A DNA stretch of 64,000 nucleotides from an uncultured Thermoleophilia bacterium (GCA_963802325.1 CAWDII010000003.1:36496-100495), one strand, 5' to 3'. Shown: positions 19,516 through 29,475, counted from the first letter of the stretch. The notes: generated by a model not told the origin, from the sequence alone. Translations and numbers: made by a program.

Positions 19516-20943
19516 TCAGCCGAGGCCGTACTCGCTCCAGCGCCGGTCGACGAGGGCGCGGACGTCATCGCTCATCACGATCGCCTCGGGCCACGGACGC
19601 ACCAGGCCCTCGCCCTCCCACTTGCGGGTGGCGTCGAATCCGACCTTGGACCCGTAGGCGAAGTAGGGGGCCGCGTGGTCGAGGGCGTCAACCGGCCCCT
19701 CCACCACGAGCATGTCGCGCCCGGCGTCAACGTTCGAGAAGGCCTGGAAGGCCACCGCGGAGACGTCCTGCACGTCAACGTCGTGGTCGACCACGATCAC
19801 GCAGCGGCTGAGCGACAGCAGGCCGAGGCCCCAGATCGCGCTCATCAGCTTCTTCGCGTGGCCCGGGTAGCGCTTCTTCACCGAGACGATCGCGCAGTTG
19901 TGGAACACGCCCTCCAGGGGCAGGTTCATGTCGACCAGATCGGGCAGGGTCATCCGGATGATCGGCAGGAAGAGGCGCTCGGTGGCCTTTCCGAGGAAGA
20001 AGTCCTCCATCGGCGGCGGTCCCACGACGGTGGTCGAGTAGATGGCGTCCTTGCGCATCGACATGCCCGTCAGGTGGAAGGTGGGGTAGTCGTCGACCGG
20101 CGTGTAGAAGCCCGTGTGATCGCCGAAGGGGCCCTCGGGGCGGAGGTCGTTCGCGTCGACGTAGCCCTCGAGCACGATCTCGGCCTCGGCCGGCACCTCG
20201 AGGTCGACCGTCCGGCACTTGACCATCTCGACGCTCTTACCGCGCAGGAAGCCCGCGAAGATCATCTCGTCGATGCCCGGTGGCAGCGGCGCCGTGGCCG
20301 AGTAGGTGGTGGCCGGGTGCGAGCCGATCACCACGGCGACCGGTACGCGCCCCTGCGAGTCGCGCAGGTGGGCGGCCCCGTCCTTGTGGATCTGCCAGTG
20401 CATCATCGCCGTGCGCTTGTCGACCTTCTGGATGCGGTACATGCCGCAGTTACGCGCGCCGGTGACCGGATCCTTGCTGAAGACCAGCGGCAGCGTGACG
20501 TACGGGCCGCCGTCGTCGGGCCAGCAGGTGAGGATCGGCAGCAGGTCGAGGTCGGGCTCGTCGAGCCAGACCTCCTGGCAGGGCCCGTCCTTGACCATCT
20601 TCGACGAGAACGAGGCCAGCTCGCGCAGCTTGCCGAGCGCCTTCATCTTCGCGACGACGCCCTGGGGCGGCTGCAGGTCCATCAGCGTCTCGATGCGCTC
20701 GCCGAGGGCGTCGAGGCTCTCGGTGCCGAGGGCCATGCACATGCGCCGGTCGGTGCCGAACTGGTTGATCAGCACGGGGAGGCGGCTGCCGGCCACGTCG
20801 GTGAACAGCAGCGCCGGTCCGCCGGCCTTCGAGACGCGGTCGGCGATCTCCGTGATCTCGAGGTGCGGATCGACCCGCGCGCCGATCCGCCTGAGCTCAC
20901 CCGCCTTGTCGAGCGCCTTCACCCACTCCCGGAGATCCTTCAT
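19516..20943 (-). CDS. ubiD: UbiD-family menaquinone biosynthesis decarboxylase
   Basis: EITEIADR, NQFGT, RNCGMYR, EGPFGDHTGFY, GFDATRK. Confidence 0.93.
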   Translation of the reverse strand: MKDLREWVKALDKAGELRRIGARVDPHLEITEIADRVSKAGGPALLFTDVAGSRLPVLINQFGTDRRMCMALGTESLDALGERIETLMDLQPPQGVVAKMKALGKLRELASFSSKMVKDGPCQEVWLDEPDLDLLPILTCWPDDGGPYVTLPLVFSKDPVTGARNCGMYRIQKVDKRTAMMHWQIHKDGAAHLRDSQGRVPVAVVIGSHPATTYSATAPLPPGIDEMIFAGFLRGKSVEMVKCRTVDLEVPAEAEIVLEGYVDANDLRPEGPFGDHTGFYTPVDDYPTFHLTGMSMRKDAIYSTTVVGPPPMEDFFLGKATERLFLPIIRMTLPDLVDMNLPLEGVFHNCAIVSVKKRYPGHAKKLMSAIWGLGLLSLSRCVIVVDHDVDVQDVSAVAFQAFSNVDAGRDMLVVEGPVDALDHAAPYFAYGSKVGFDATRKWEGEGLVRPWPEAIVMSDDVRALVDRRWSEYGLG

Positions 20944-21458
20944 CGGTTGAGTGCCTCCTCGAGTCCGGGTGTCGGCGGCAGCTCGGCGGCCAGGGCGTCG
21001 AGCCCGGCCACCTCGCCATCGGTGCGCAGGGCGCGCTGGGCCGCCAGGAACAGGGCGCCGGTCTCGGCCTCGCGCGGGCCGCGGCGCGCGGCGATCGCCG
21101 CCGTGGTTCCGCGCCAGAGGGGCACGAGGGCCTCGTGCCGCTCGGCGGCGACCAGGCCGGCGCCGAGCGCGATCAGGTCGGCGAGCGCCTCGACCACGAA
21201 CAGGTCGCCGGCGCCGGTGATACGCACCAGCCCGTGGGCGTAGCAGTAGTCGCCGGCAAGCACTTCCCGGCCGGGCGCGGAGGGTGTCAGGTGTCGCGCC
21301 TGCCCGTGGTGCAGCAGGAAGCCCTCGAGGATCAGGTCGAGGCCGGCGGCCTCGAAGGGGCTCAGGGGCGGCGAGATCAGCGGCGACAGCAGGGGCGCCG
21401 CGGCGGGCTCGATCAGCTCGGCGGCGAGCGCCGGCTCGGCCGCCAGGACATCCCTCAC
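20940..21458 (-). CDS. Hypothetical helical protein, HepS-like (non-catalytic prenyl synthase fold)
   Basis: LILEGFLLHHG...EVLAGDYCYAHGL...LADLI; coupled to hemL and ubiD by 4-nt overlaps. Confidence 0.65.
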   Translation of the reverse strand: MRDVLAAEPALAAELIEPAAAPLLSPLISPPLSPFEAAGLDLILEGFLLHHGQARHLTPSAPGREVLAGDYCYAHGLVRITGAGDLFVVEALADLIALGAGLVAAERHEALVPLWRGTTAAIAARRGPREAETGALFLAAQRALRTDGEVAGLDALAAELPPTPGLEEALNR

Positions 21459-22720
21459 GCCTGCGCCGCCCGGGCCAGCGCCTCCCGCGCGAGCGCGATC
21501 TCCTGGTCCCCGTGCGTCAGCCCGGTGAACCATGCCTCGAACTGCGAGGGCGGCGGGTAGACGCCCTCGGCGAGCAGCGCGCGGGCGAAGCGGCCGTAGG
21601 CGTCGGTGTCGCTGCGCGTGGCGTCGGCGTAGTCCTCCACCGGGCCGTGGGTGAAGAAGGGCGTCAGCATCGAGCCGACGCGGTTGATGTGCACCGGCGC
21701 CCCGCTCGCGCGCACGGCGTCCTCGAGGGCCGCGCCGCTCGCCTCGAGCCGCTCGTAGACGCCCTCGCGGGCGAGCTCGCCCAGCACGGCCAGGCCGGCG
21801 GCGGTCGCGAGCGGGTTCCCCGAGAGCGTCCCGCCCTGGTAGCAGGGGCCCTCGGGCGCCAGCTCGCGCATCACGTCGCGCCGTCCACCGAAGGCGCCGA
21901 CCGGCAGGCCGCCGCCGATGATCTTGCCGAAGCAGGTGATGTCGGCCCGCACGCCGTAGCGCTCCTGCGCTCCGCCGCGGGCGACCCGGAAGCCGGTGAT
22001 CACCTCGTCGATGATCAGGAGCGCCCCGGTGCGGTCGCAGGCGGCGCGCAGGGCGGCCAGGTAGCCGTCGCGCGGGGGCACCACGCCCATGTTGCCGGCC
22101 ACCGGCTCGACGATCATCGCGGCGGCGCCCTCGAGCGCGGTCTCGGCCGCGGCGGCGTCGTTGAAGGGGACGATGTGGGTGGCCGCCGTCGCCGCGGCGG
22201 TGACGCCGGCGCTCGCGGGGACCCCGAGGGTGGTGAGGCCGCTACCGGCCTGCGCCAACAGGCCGTCGATCGCGCCGTGGTAGCCGCCGGCGACCTTCAC
22301 GATCGTCTCGCGGCCCGTTGCGGCGCGCGCCAGGCGCAGGGCGCCCATCACGGCCTCGCTGCCCGAGGAGGTCATGCGCAGCTGCTCCACCGAGGGCACC
22401 GCGTCGCAGATCGTCTCGGCGAACACCACCTCGCGCTCGGTGGGGGCGCCGTAGGAGGTGCCCAGCGGCAGGGCGCGCTCCACGGCGCGCAGCACGGCCT
22501 CGGGGCTGTGGCCGAGGATCGCCGGGCCCCAGGTGGAGAGGAAGTCGAGGTAGCGGTTGCCGTCGGCGTCCCAGACGTAGGGGCCCTCGGCGCGGGCGAT
22601 GAACAGCGGGTCGCGGCCGATCGAGCGCATGGCCCGCACCGGCGAGTTGACCCCGCCGACGAGGACCTTCCGGGCGCGCGCGAACAGCTCGGCGCTGCGT
22701 GTCCCCTCGGGCCCCGCCAC
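21455..22720 (-). CDS. hemL: Glutamate-1-semialdehyde 2,1-aminomutase
   Basis: GGVNSPVRA, SYGAPT, EPVAGNMG, DEVITGFR, FGKIIGGGLPVGA, GTLSGNP. Confidence 0.95.
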   Translation of the reverse strand: MAGPEGTRSAELFARARKVLVGGVNSPVRAMRSIGRDPLFIARAEGPYVWDADGNRYLDFLSTWGPAILGHSPEAVLRAVERALPLGTSYGAPTEREVVFAETICDAVPSVEQLRMTSSGSEAVMGALRLARAATGRETIVKVAGGYHGAIDGLLAQAGSGLTTLGVPASAGVTAAATAATHIVPFNDAAAAETALEGAAAMIVEPVAGNMGVVPPRDGYLAALRAACDRTGALLIIDEVITGFRVARGGAQERYGVRADITCFGKIIGGGLPVGAFGGRRDVMRELAPEGPCYQGGTLSGNPLATAAGLAVLGELAREGVYERLEASGAALEDAVRASGAPVHINRVGSMLTPFFTHGPVEDYADATRSDTDAYGRFARALLAEGVYPPPSQFEAWFTGLTHGDQEIALAREALARAAQA

Positions 22721-22728
22721 GCTCGGGC

Positions 22729-23827
22729 TCAGTGCTTCTTCCAGCGCGGGAGCGGGTCGCCGGCGAGCGCCTTCGCCTCCCACTCCTTGTAGTCGGGCGT
22801 GTAGTACATGAGGCGGATCTTCTTGAACTCGTAGGTCGAGTAGAGGATCGCCCGGCGCGAGGGGTCGGTGACGCCGATGTCCTGCGCGATCGCGTCGATC
22901 GCCTCCTCGCAGGCCTCCATCGAGCGCGCGTGCACCATCGTGAAGATGTTGTACGGCCAGTCGGGGTAGGTCGGGCGCTTGTAGCAGTGCGACACGGACT
23001 GGAAGGCGGCCATCTTGGGGCCGACCTCCTCGAGGTCCTCCTCGGGCACCTGCCACACGGCCATTCCGTTGGCGCCGAAGCCCGCCTTGCGGTGGTTGAG
23101 CACCGCGGCGAAGCGGCGCATGTAGTTGCGGTCAACGAAGGTCTGGCAGGCGGCCAGCAGCTCGTCGGTGGTCACCCCGGCGTCGACGGCCCAGGCGTCG
23201 AAGGGGTGGTGCTCCACCGGCAGGTCGCGCTGGAGGACCACGATCAGGCGCTTGTCGGCGTCGGTGGGCAGCACGCCGTCGCCGCGGGTGGGCGGGGGCT
23301 TGGGGGCCGCCTCCTTGGCCTCCACGGAGCGCTCGCCGGTCATGTCGAGCTGCACGTTGATCTTGAAGAGCTTCAGCGTCGGCAGCATGCGGGTCGAACT
23401 CGGCGCCCGAGGCCTCGTGGAGGCGGTTCATCGTGTCCTCGAGCCCGAACTCCGACTCGGGCTCCACGGCCAGCGTGTACCAGAGGTTGAACGCGTGGGT
23501 GCGCCGGTAGTTGTGGCTCACGCCGGGGTGGCCGCCCACGATGTCGGCCGCCTCGAAGAGCCTGTCCTCGGGGTAGCGCGCCGCCACCAGGGTGCTGGTG
23601 TAGCCGAGCGCGCGGGTGTCGAAGATCGCCGAGAGCTGGCGCACGATCTCGGCCTCCTTGAGGCGGGTGAGCCGGCGCAGCACCTCTTCCTCGTCCATCC
23701 CGATGCGCGAGCCGATCTCGGCGAACGGTGCGCGCACGAACGCGAGCCCGGCCTGCAGCTGGTTGAGCAGCGCGCGGTCGGCCTCGTCGGGCTTGTGGTG
23801 GACACGGGGTGCGGCGGCGGTGGTCAA
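22729..23827 (-). pseudogene. ahbAB: Fused siroheme decarboxylase AhbA/AhbB (NirDL-like), 1-nt insertion at ~23397
   Basis: Two Lrp/AsnC-like halves: VSHNYRR...NLWYT and VSHCYKRPTYPDWPYNIFTMVH...EFKK. Removing one T from GAGTTCGACC joins them. Confidence 0.85.
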
Positions 23828-24840
23828 CGACCCTCTCCCTCGGCGATCCAGCGGGCGGCGTCCTCGGCGTAGTACGTGATGATCAGATCGGCTCCCGCGC
23901 GGGCGATCCCGGTGAGCACCTCCATCGCGGCGAGCCTCTCGTCGAGCCAGCCGCGCTCGGCGGCCGCCTTGATCATCGAGTACTCCCCGCTCACGTGGTA
24001 CGCGGCGAGCGGCAGATCGGTTGCGGCGCGGACCGCGTGGATGACGTCCAGATATGCCGCGGCGGGCTTCACCATCACCATGTCGGCGCCCTCGGCGACG
24101 TCGAGCAGCGTCTCGCGGACGGCCTCCTGGCCGTTGGCCGGGTCCATCTGGTACCCGCGCCGGTCGCCGAACCCGGGGGCCGATCCGGCCGCCTCGCGGA
24201 AGGGGCCGTAGAAGGCCGAGGCGTACTTGGCCGAGTAGGCCATGATCGTCGTGTCCTCGTGGCCCTCGGCGTCGAGCGCCGCGCGGATGGCCCCGACGCG
24301 GCCGTCCATCATGTCGCTCGGGGCGACGATGTCGGCTCCGGCCTCGGCGTGGCTCACGGCGGTGCGGGCCAGCAACTCGAGGCTGCGGTCGTTGTCGACC
24401 CGGTCGTCGATCAGCACGCCGCAGTGCCCGTGGTCGGTGTAGGCGCACAGGCACACGTCGGTGATGACGACCATCTGCGGCACGGCGTCCTTGATGGCGG
24501 CGACCGCCGACTGCACCACCCCGTCGGCCTCGTAGGCCGCGCTCGCGGCGGCGTCCTTGTGGTCGGTGACGCCGAACAGGAGCATCGCCGGCACGCCGGC
24601 GGCGAAGGCGCGGCGGGCGGTCGCGGCGATCAGGTCGGGCGACATCCGGGAGTGCCCGGGGAGCGACGGGATCGGGACGCTCGCCTCGCGGCCCGCGATC
24701 GCGAACGCCGGGAGGATCAGCTGGTCGGGCGACAGGCGCGTCTCGCGCACCATCCGGCGCAGCGTCTCGCCCGCCCGCAGGCGCCGCATGCGCACCTGTG
24801 GGAAGCGGGCCCCCGCCGCGGTTTCCGTGCCCTCGATCAC
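23824..24840 (-). CDS. hemB: Porphobilinogen synthase
   Basis: RMRRLR, DVCLCAYTDHGHCG, APSDMMDGRV, FYGPFREAA, MVKPA, YHVSGEY. Confidence 0.96.
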   Translation of the reverse strand: MIEGTETAAGARFPQVRMRRLRAGETLRRMVRETRLSPDQLILPAFAIAGREASVPIPSLPGHSRMSPDLIAATARRAFAAGVPAMLLFGVTDHKDAAASAAYEADGVVQSAVAAIKDAVPQMVVITDVCLCAYTDHGHCGVLIDDRVDNDRSLELLARTAVSHAEAGADIVAPSDMMDGRVGAIRAALDAEGHEDTTIMAYSAKYASAFYGPFREAAGSAPGFGDRRGYQMDPANGQEAVRETLLDVAEGADMVMVKPAAAYLDVIHAVRAATDLPLAAYHVSGEYSMIKAAAERGWLDERLAAMEVLTGIARAGADLIITYYAEDAARWIAEGEGR

Positions 24841-24894
24841 CCGCGGGAGTCTACTCCCCGTCCCGCTGCGCCCACCGCTGCCAGACTGCCCGGT

Positions 24895-25614
24895 GTGAGC
24901 GGCCCACCCGTCCTCGTCGTCTTCGGCGCCCGCAACGTGGGACGGGCGGTCGTGGCCGACCGCCTCGCCGCCGGCTGGCGGGCCCTCGCGGTGGCGCGCT
25001 CCGACGAGACCCTGGAGGCGCTGACCGCCGCGCACCCGGGCGTCGCGACGCTCCGGGGCGACGCCGCTGACCACGACGTGGTGGCCGAGGCGCTCGCCCG
25101 CGCGGAGCGCGACCTCGGCGGGCTCGACCTGGTCGTCAACGCCACCACCTCGGTGCCGCGCGACCACAGCTTCGGCGGCGGCCCGATCATCGACGCCCCG
25201 CCCGATCGGCTCGAGTCGTGGATGGCGGGGTTCCTGCCCGCGGCCTGGGCCATCCTGCGCGGCGCCGGCGCCGCGCTCGAGCGCCGCGGCTCCGGCACCC
25301 TCGTCCAGATCTCCGGCGGCTCGGCCCGGCGCGCGATGCCCGGCCGCGGCCCCTGGGCGGCGGCGCAGTTCGGCGCGCGCGCCCTGACGCATTCGCTCGC
25401 CCAGGAACTGCGCCCGCGGGGCGTGCACGTGGCGTTGCTGGTGGCCGACGGGGTGATCCAGACCGAGCGCAACCCGATGGAGGGTCGCCCGCCCGAGGAG
25501 TCGCTGACCGCCGAGGACGTGGCGGCGGCCGTGGCCTACCTCGCGTCCCAGACGCCGCGCGCCTGGACCCACGAGCTCGTCATCACCCCGGCCGGGGACA
25601 CCTGGGTGCCGTAG
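24895..25614 (+). CDS. Short-chain dehydrogenase/reductase (atypical)
   Basis: VFGARNVGRA Rossmann start, LVVNA, SLAQELRPRGVHV, AWTHEL; YxxxK replaced by WAAAQ. Confidence 0.8.
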   Translation: MSGPPVLVVFGARNVGRAVVADRLAAGWRALAVARSDETLEALTAAHPGVATLRGDAADHDVVAEALARAERDLGGLDLVVNATTSVPRDHSFGGGPIIDAPPDRLESWMAGFLPAAWAILRGAGAALERRGSGTLVQISGGSARRAMPGRGPWAAAQFGARALTHSLAQELRPRGVHVALLVADGVIQTERNPMEGRPPEESLTAEDVAAAVAYLASQTPRAWTHELVITPAGDTWVP

Positions 25615-25625
25615 CACTCAGGGCG

Positions 25626-25776
25626 CCGGGGAGCGCGTCGGGTGAACCCCGACGCCGTCGGGCCACCACCAGGCCACGCGCATCATCTGCGCGCTGTCCA
25701 GTGCACCGAAATGACGGCTTCTACTGCATGATTCTGACGAGGATCGGAGCCACCGAACGTGCGGAGGCGCTCCCGG
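25626..25776. ncRNA. Candidate structured non-coding RNA between convergent genes
   Basis: Terminal stem CCGGGGAGCGC/GCGCTCCCGG enclosing 4-5 hairpins; interior less GC-rich than the flanks; family not recognised. Confidence 0.45.
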
Positions 25777-25822
25777 GAGGAGCGTGACCCGGCCTGAACA
25801 CGACCCGGTCTGAGCACGACCC

Positions 25823-27076
25823 TCAGGCCGAGAGGGCATCGCCGCGGCCCGTGAGGAACGCGCGCTCGGCGGCGCTGCCGGTGAGCTCGGCGGCGCGGCG
25901 GTACGCGGCGGCGGCTTCCGCGGTGCGGCCGAGGCGGCGGAGCATGTCGGCGCGGGCGGCGTGGAGCGGGCCCCAGGCGGAGAGGGTCTCCAGATCCGCG
26001 AGGGTCTCGACCTCCGCCAGCCCGGCCTCGGGGCCGTGCACCTCGGCGAGGGCGACGGCGCGGTTGAGGGCGACCACCGGCGTCGGCGTGCGCCGCAGCA
26101 GCTCGTCGTAGAGCGCGAGGATCTGGGGCCAGTCGGTGTCCTCGGCCCGCGCGGCCTCGGCGTGGAGGGCCGCGATGGCGGCCTGGAGGGCGTAGGGGCC
26201 CGCCGGTCGGCGCATCCGCAGGGAGCGCTCGACGAGGGCGACGCCCCGCGCGATGGCGTCGCGGTCCCAGAGGCGGCGGTCCTGGTCGGGCAGGAGGATC
26301 AGCGATCCGTCGGCACCGGCCCGGGCCCCCCGCCGGGCGTGGTGGAGCGTCATCAGGGCCAGCAGGGCCAGCGGCTCGGCCTCGTCGGGCATCAGGCCGC
26401 GCAGGGCGTCCGCCAGGCGGATCGCCTCCTCGGCCAGATCATCGCGGCGCAGGCCGGGCCCGGCGGTGGCCGAGTAGCCCTCGGTGTAGGTCAGGTAGAG
26501 CACCGCGAGCACGCCGTCGATGCGCTCGGGCAGCTCGTCGGCGGGGGGCTCGCCGATCGGGATCGCGGCGTCGCGGATCTTGCGCTTGGCGCGAACCAGC
26601 CGCTGGGCCACGGTCGCCTCGGGTTGCAGCAGGGCGCGGCCGATCTCCGGCACGGTCAGGCCGGCGACCAGCCGCAGCGTCAGCGGTACCCGGGCGTCGA
26701 GCGCCAGCGACGGGTGGCAGCAGGCGAAGATCAGCCCGAGCCGTTCGTCAGGGATCGGCGTGTCGGTGCTCAGGCTGTCGAGGTCGTCGGACGCGGTGCC
26801 CTCCAGGAGACGGTGGCGCGCCACCTCCGAGCCCGAGCGCGTCCGCTCGGCGCGGATGGCGTCGATTGCCCGGTTGCGCGCGGTGGTGACGATCCAGGCG
26901 AGGGGGCGCCGGGGTGTCCCCTCGCCTGGCCAGCGGGCGATGGCGATCGCGAAGGCGTCCTGGATCGCGTCCTCGGCGCGGTCGATGTCGCCGAGGATGC
27001 GCGCCAGGGTCGCGACGGCCCGCCCGTACTCCTCCCGGAAGACCCGGGCGACGGCCTCCGTGCCGCCGGCGGTCAG
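25823..27076 (-). CDS. ECF sigma factor with C-terminal TPR extension (ECF42-like); start uncertain
   Basis: AEDAIQDAF, WIVTTARNRAID, LIFACCHP, DQDRRLWD, GPYALQAAIAALH, TDWPQI. Confidence 0.9.
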   Translation of the reverse strand: MTAGGTEAVARVFREEYGRAVATLARILGDIDRAEDAIQDAFAIAIARWPGEGTPRRPLAWIVTTARNRAIDAIRAERTRSGSEVARHRLLEGTASDDLDSLSTDTPIPDERLGLIFACCHPSLALDARVPLTLRLVAGLTVPEIGRALLQPEATVAQRLVRAKRKIRDAAIPIGEPPADELPERIDGVLAVLYLTYTEGYSATAGPGLRRDDLAEEAIRLADALRGLMPDEAEPLALLALMTLHHARRGARAGADGSLILLPDQDRRLWDRDAIARGVALVERSLRMRRPAGPYALQAAIAALHAEAARAEDTDWPQILALYDELLRRTPTPVVALNRAVALAEVHGPEAGLAEVETLADLETLSAWGPLHAARADMLRRLGRTAEAAAAYRRAAELTGSAAERAFLTGRGDALSA

Positions 27077-27423
27077 TCGAACTCCATGATCGGGCGGACC
27101 TCGACCCCGCCGTGCCGGGCGCCGGGGATGCGCTTGGCGGCGGCGATCGCCTGATCGAGCGTGTCGCACTCGATCATGTAGAAGCCGCCCAGCTGCTCGT
27201 GCGTCTCCGCGAAGGGACCGTCGCTGAGCAGCGTCTCGCCGTCGCGCACGCGGACCGTCGTGGCCGTGCCGGACGACTGCAGGGCCTCGCCGCCGCGCAT
27301 GATCCCCTCCGAGGTGATCGCCTCGCCGAAGGCCATGTACTCGGCCATCTCGGCCTGCATCTCCTCGGGGGTCGCGTCGGCGAATGCGGCCTCGCCGCCG
27401 TAGATGAGGAGCAGGTAGCGCAT
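27073..27423 (-). CDS. YCII/DGPF-family protein
   Basis: MRYLLLIY, DGPFAETHEQLGGFY, VEVRP; usual ECF42 partner. Confidence 0.9.
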   Translation of the reverse strand: MRYLLLIYGGEAAFADATPEEMQAEMAEYMAFGEAITSEGIMRGGEALQSSGTATTVRVRDGETLLSDGPFAETHEQLGGFYMIECDTLDQAIAAAKRIPGARHGGVEVRPIMEFD

Positions 27424-27523
27424 GGGTCGCCTCCATGGTCGGGACGGCGCCGTTCGCCGTCCTCGCCAAGTAGACGGCACCGGGCCCCCGAAATCGACAG
27501 GGTCCCCGTTACCGTTGCGCACG

Positions 27524-28135
27524 ATGCGACCGCGGCGCGCCGACCACCCCTCCCTCGCCCCCGAGGCACTGCTGACCGGGTACCTGCACGGCTGGTTCCC
27601 GATGGACGAGGTCGGCCACGCCGGGCCGGTCGGCATGTACGAGGCCGATCCGCGCGGCGTCATGCCGATCGAGGGCTTCCGCGTGCCGCGCTCGGTGCGC
27701 CGCGCGATGCGGGCGGAGTCCTACGAGATCAGGATCGACACGGCCTTCGCCGAGGTGGCCCGGTCGTGCGCCGTGCGCGAGGGCGAGGGGGTGTGGCTCA
27801 CGCCGCGCCTGGTCCGCGCCTACGAGGAGCTGCACCGGCGCGGGCACGCCCACAGCGTCGAGGCGTGGCGCGACGGGGTGCTGGGCGGCGGCCTCTTCGG
27901 GGTGGCGCTCGGCGGGATGTTCAGCTCGGAGACCATGTTCCACCGCGCCCCCGACGCGGGCAACGCCGCGCTGGTCGCGACGGCCGCCCTGCTCGCGGCC
28001 GCCGGGTTCTCGCTCTGGGACATCCAGGTGACCTCCGAGCACACGGAGCGCTTCGGGGCGGTGGGGATCACGCCGCACGAGTACCGCCGCCGGCTGACGC
28101 GCGCCCTCGGCCAGCGCCCCCTGCCCCTGGGTTAG
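27524..28135 (+). CDS. aat: Leucyl/phenylalanyl-tRNA-protein transferase
   Basis: GYLHGWFPM, PRGV, HAHSVEAW, GGLFGVALGGMFSSETMF. Confidence 0.88.
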   Translation: MRPRRADHPSLAPEALLTGYLHGWFPMDEVGHAGPVGMYEADPRGVMPIEGFRVPRSVRRAMRAESYEIRIDTAFAEVARSCAVREGEGVWLTPRLVRAYEELHRRGHAHSVEAWRDGVLGGGLFGVALGGMFSSETMFHRAPDAGNAALVATAALLAAAGFSLWDIQVTSEHTERFGAVGITPHEYRRRLTRALGQRPLPLG

Positions 28136-29475
28136 GCCGTCGCGCGGCGGCGCACGACCAGGGCCGCCACGGCGCCGAAGACCGCCGCCAGCAGCCCGAG
28201 GTGGCCGAAGGTGAGCGCGAGGTCGCTCCCCGTGATGGCCGGCTCGACCAGCAGGGTCTGGAAGGCCTCGAAGGCGGGGCCGAACGGCACGACCTGCGAC
28301 ACGGCCGACGCGATCGCGGCGTTCGGCAGCAGGCCCAGGGCCAGTAGCGGCAGCGTGAGCATCAGCGCCACCAGTAGCGCCGTGCGCGTCTCGCGGGCCA
28401 GGGCGCCCGCCAGCACGCCGAAGGCGCCGAAGGCGAGGCCCGCGAGCGCCAGCGCCGCGAGCCACAGCGGCCAGCGTCCGACCGCGACCGAGGTGAAGGC
28501 GGCCACCCCGCCGAGCAGCGTGAGCCCGATGACCAGGCAGGCGAGCGCGGTGAAGACCATCTTCTCGGCCACCAGGGCCCACGCCGACACGAGGCCGCGC
28601 CCGAGCCTCACCAGGACCTGGTCCTCGCGCTCCGCCGACATCGCGGCCGCGGCCAGCAGCACCCCGGCCAGCCCGAGGCTCACCAGCAGGGCGCCGGCGA
28701 ACCCGAACGCCGACAGGGGCTCGCGGCCCTGCGCCGACTCGCTCACCTGCAGCACGATCGGGGCCCGGATCGCGTTGGCGGCGGGCTTGGCCAGGTCGAG
28801 GTTGCGCTGGGTCTCGTCGATGAAGTTGATCAGCGGCTCGAGCTCGCCGGCGGGGCGTGCCTGGCCCTCGTCGCGCAGGCGCTCCTGGACGCCGGTGACC
28901 AGGACGCGGCTGCGCTTCAGGCCGAGAGCGTCGCCGGTGCGCCCGAAGAAGCCGAGCCGGCCTCCGTTGACGACCAGGTCAACGAGCCGCAGCACCTGGT
29001 CGACGTAGCCCTGGGCGAGGCTCTGGTTGAGGCGGTAGACGGCCGACTCGAGGTTGCGCACGATGGCGTCGGCCTCGATCGGCGAGCGACGGCTCGCGTC
29101 GAGCCGCAGCGCGGGCTGGCGGACCCCCGACTGGAGGTCGGTGATGAAGCCCTCCGGGATGGTGAGCACCGCGGCGACGCGGCCGTCGTCGAGCGCCGCC
29201 GCCGCCGCATCGGCGTCGAGGGCGCGCACGTCGACGTCCTCCGAGAGCCGGGCGATGTAGTCGTCGACCCCCAGGCGCCGCTCGCCCACCGCGACCGTCC
29301 TGCCGGACGTGTCGAGGTTGACCACGGCAACGTCGGGCCGGCGCTCGTCGCTCTGCAGGGCCAGCGCGACCAGGGTGGCGACCAGCAGGGGGAACACGAC
29401 CAGGATCAGGAGCACCGCGGGCGTGCGCGCCAGCAGCCGCAGGTCCTTGCGCAGGAGCAGGGCGGCCGACCTCAC
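28132..29475 (-). CDS. ABC-2 type exporter permease
   Basis: LLRKDLRLL, N-terminal TM, VAVVNLD extracytoplasmic domain, five C-terminal TMs. Confidence 0.85.
   Translation of the reverse strand: MRSAALLLRKDLRLLARTPAVLLILVVFPLLVATLVALALQSDERRPDVAVVNLDTSGRTVAVGERRLGVDDYIARLSEDVDVRALDADAAAAALDDGRVAAVLTIPEGFITDLQSGVRQPALRLDASRRSPIEADAIVRNLESAVYRLNQSLAQGYVDQVLRLVDLVVNGGRLGFFGRTGDALGLKRSRVLVTGVQERLRDEGQARPAGELEPLINFIDETQRNLDLAKPAANAIRAPIVLQVSESAQGREPLSAFGFAGALLVSLGLAGVLLAAAAMSAEREDQVLVRLGRGLVSAWALVAEKMVFTALACLVIGLTLLGGVAAFTSVAVGRWPLWLAALALAGLAFGAFGVLAGALARETRTALLVALMLTLPLLALGLLPNAAIASAVSQVVPFGPAFEAFQTLLVEPAITGSDLALTFGHLGLLAAVFGAVAALVVRRRATA

Noticed and set aside
23390-23400. Programmed frameshift in ahbAB
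   Set aside because: No slippery sequence; the same GTTCGAC indel occurs in an unrelated gene, which points to error or mutation.
25734-25776. Resemblance to the glmS ribozyme core (TGACGAGG...CGAA...CGG...CTCCCGG)
   Set aside because: No proper AGCGCC cleavage site with a P1 stem, and no glmS gene downstream.
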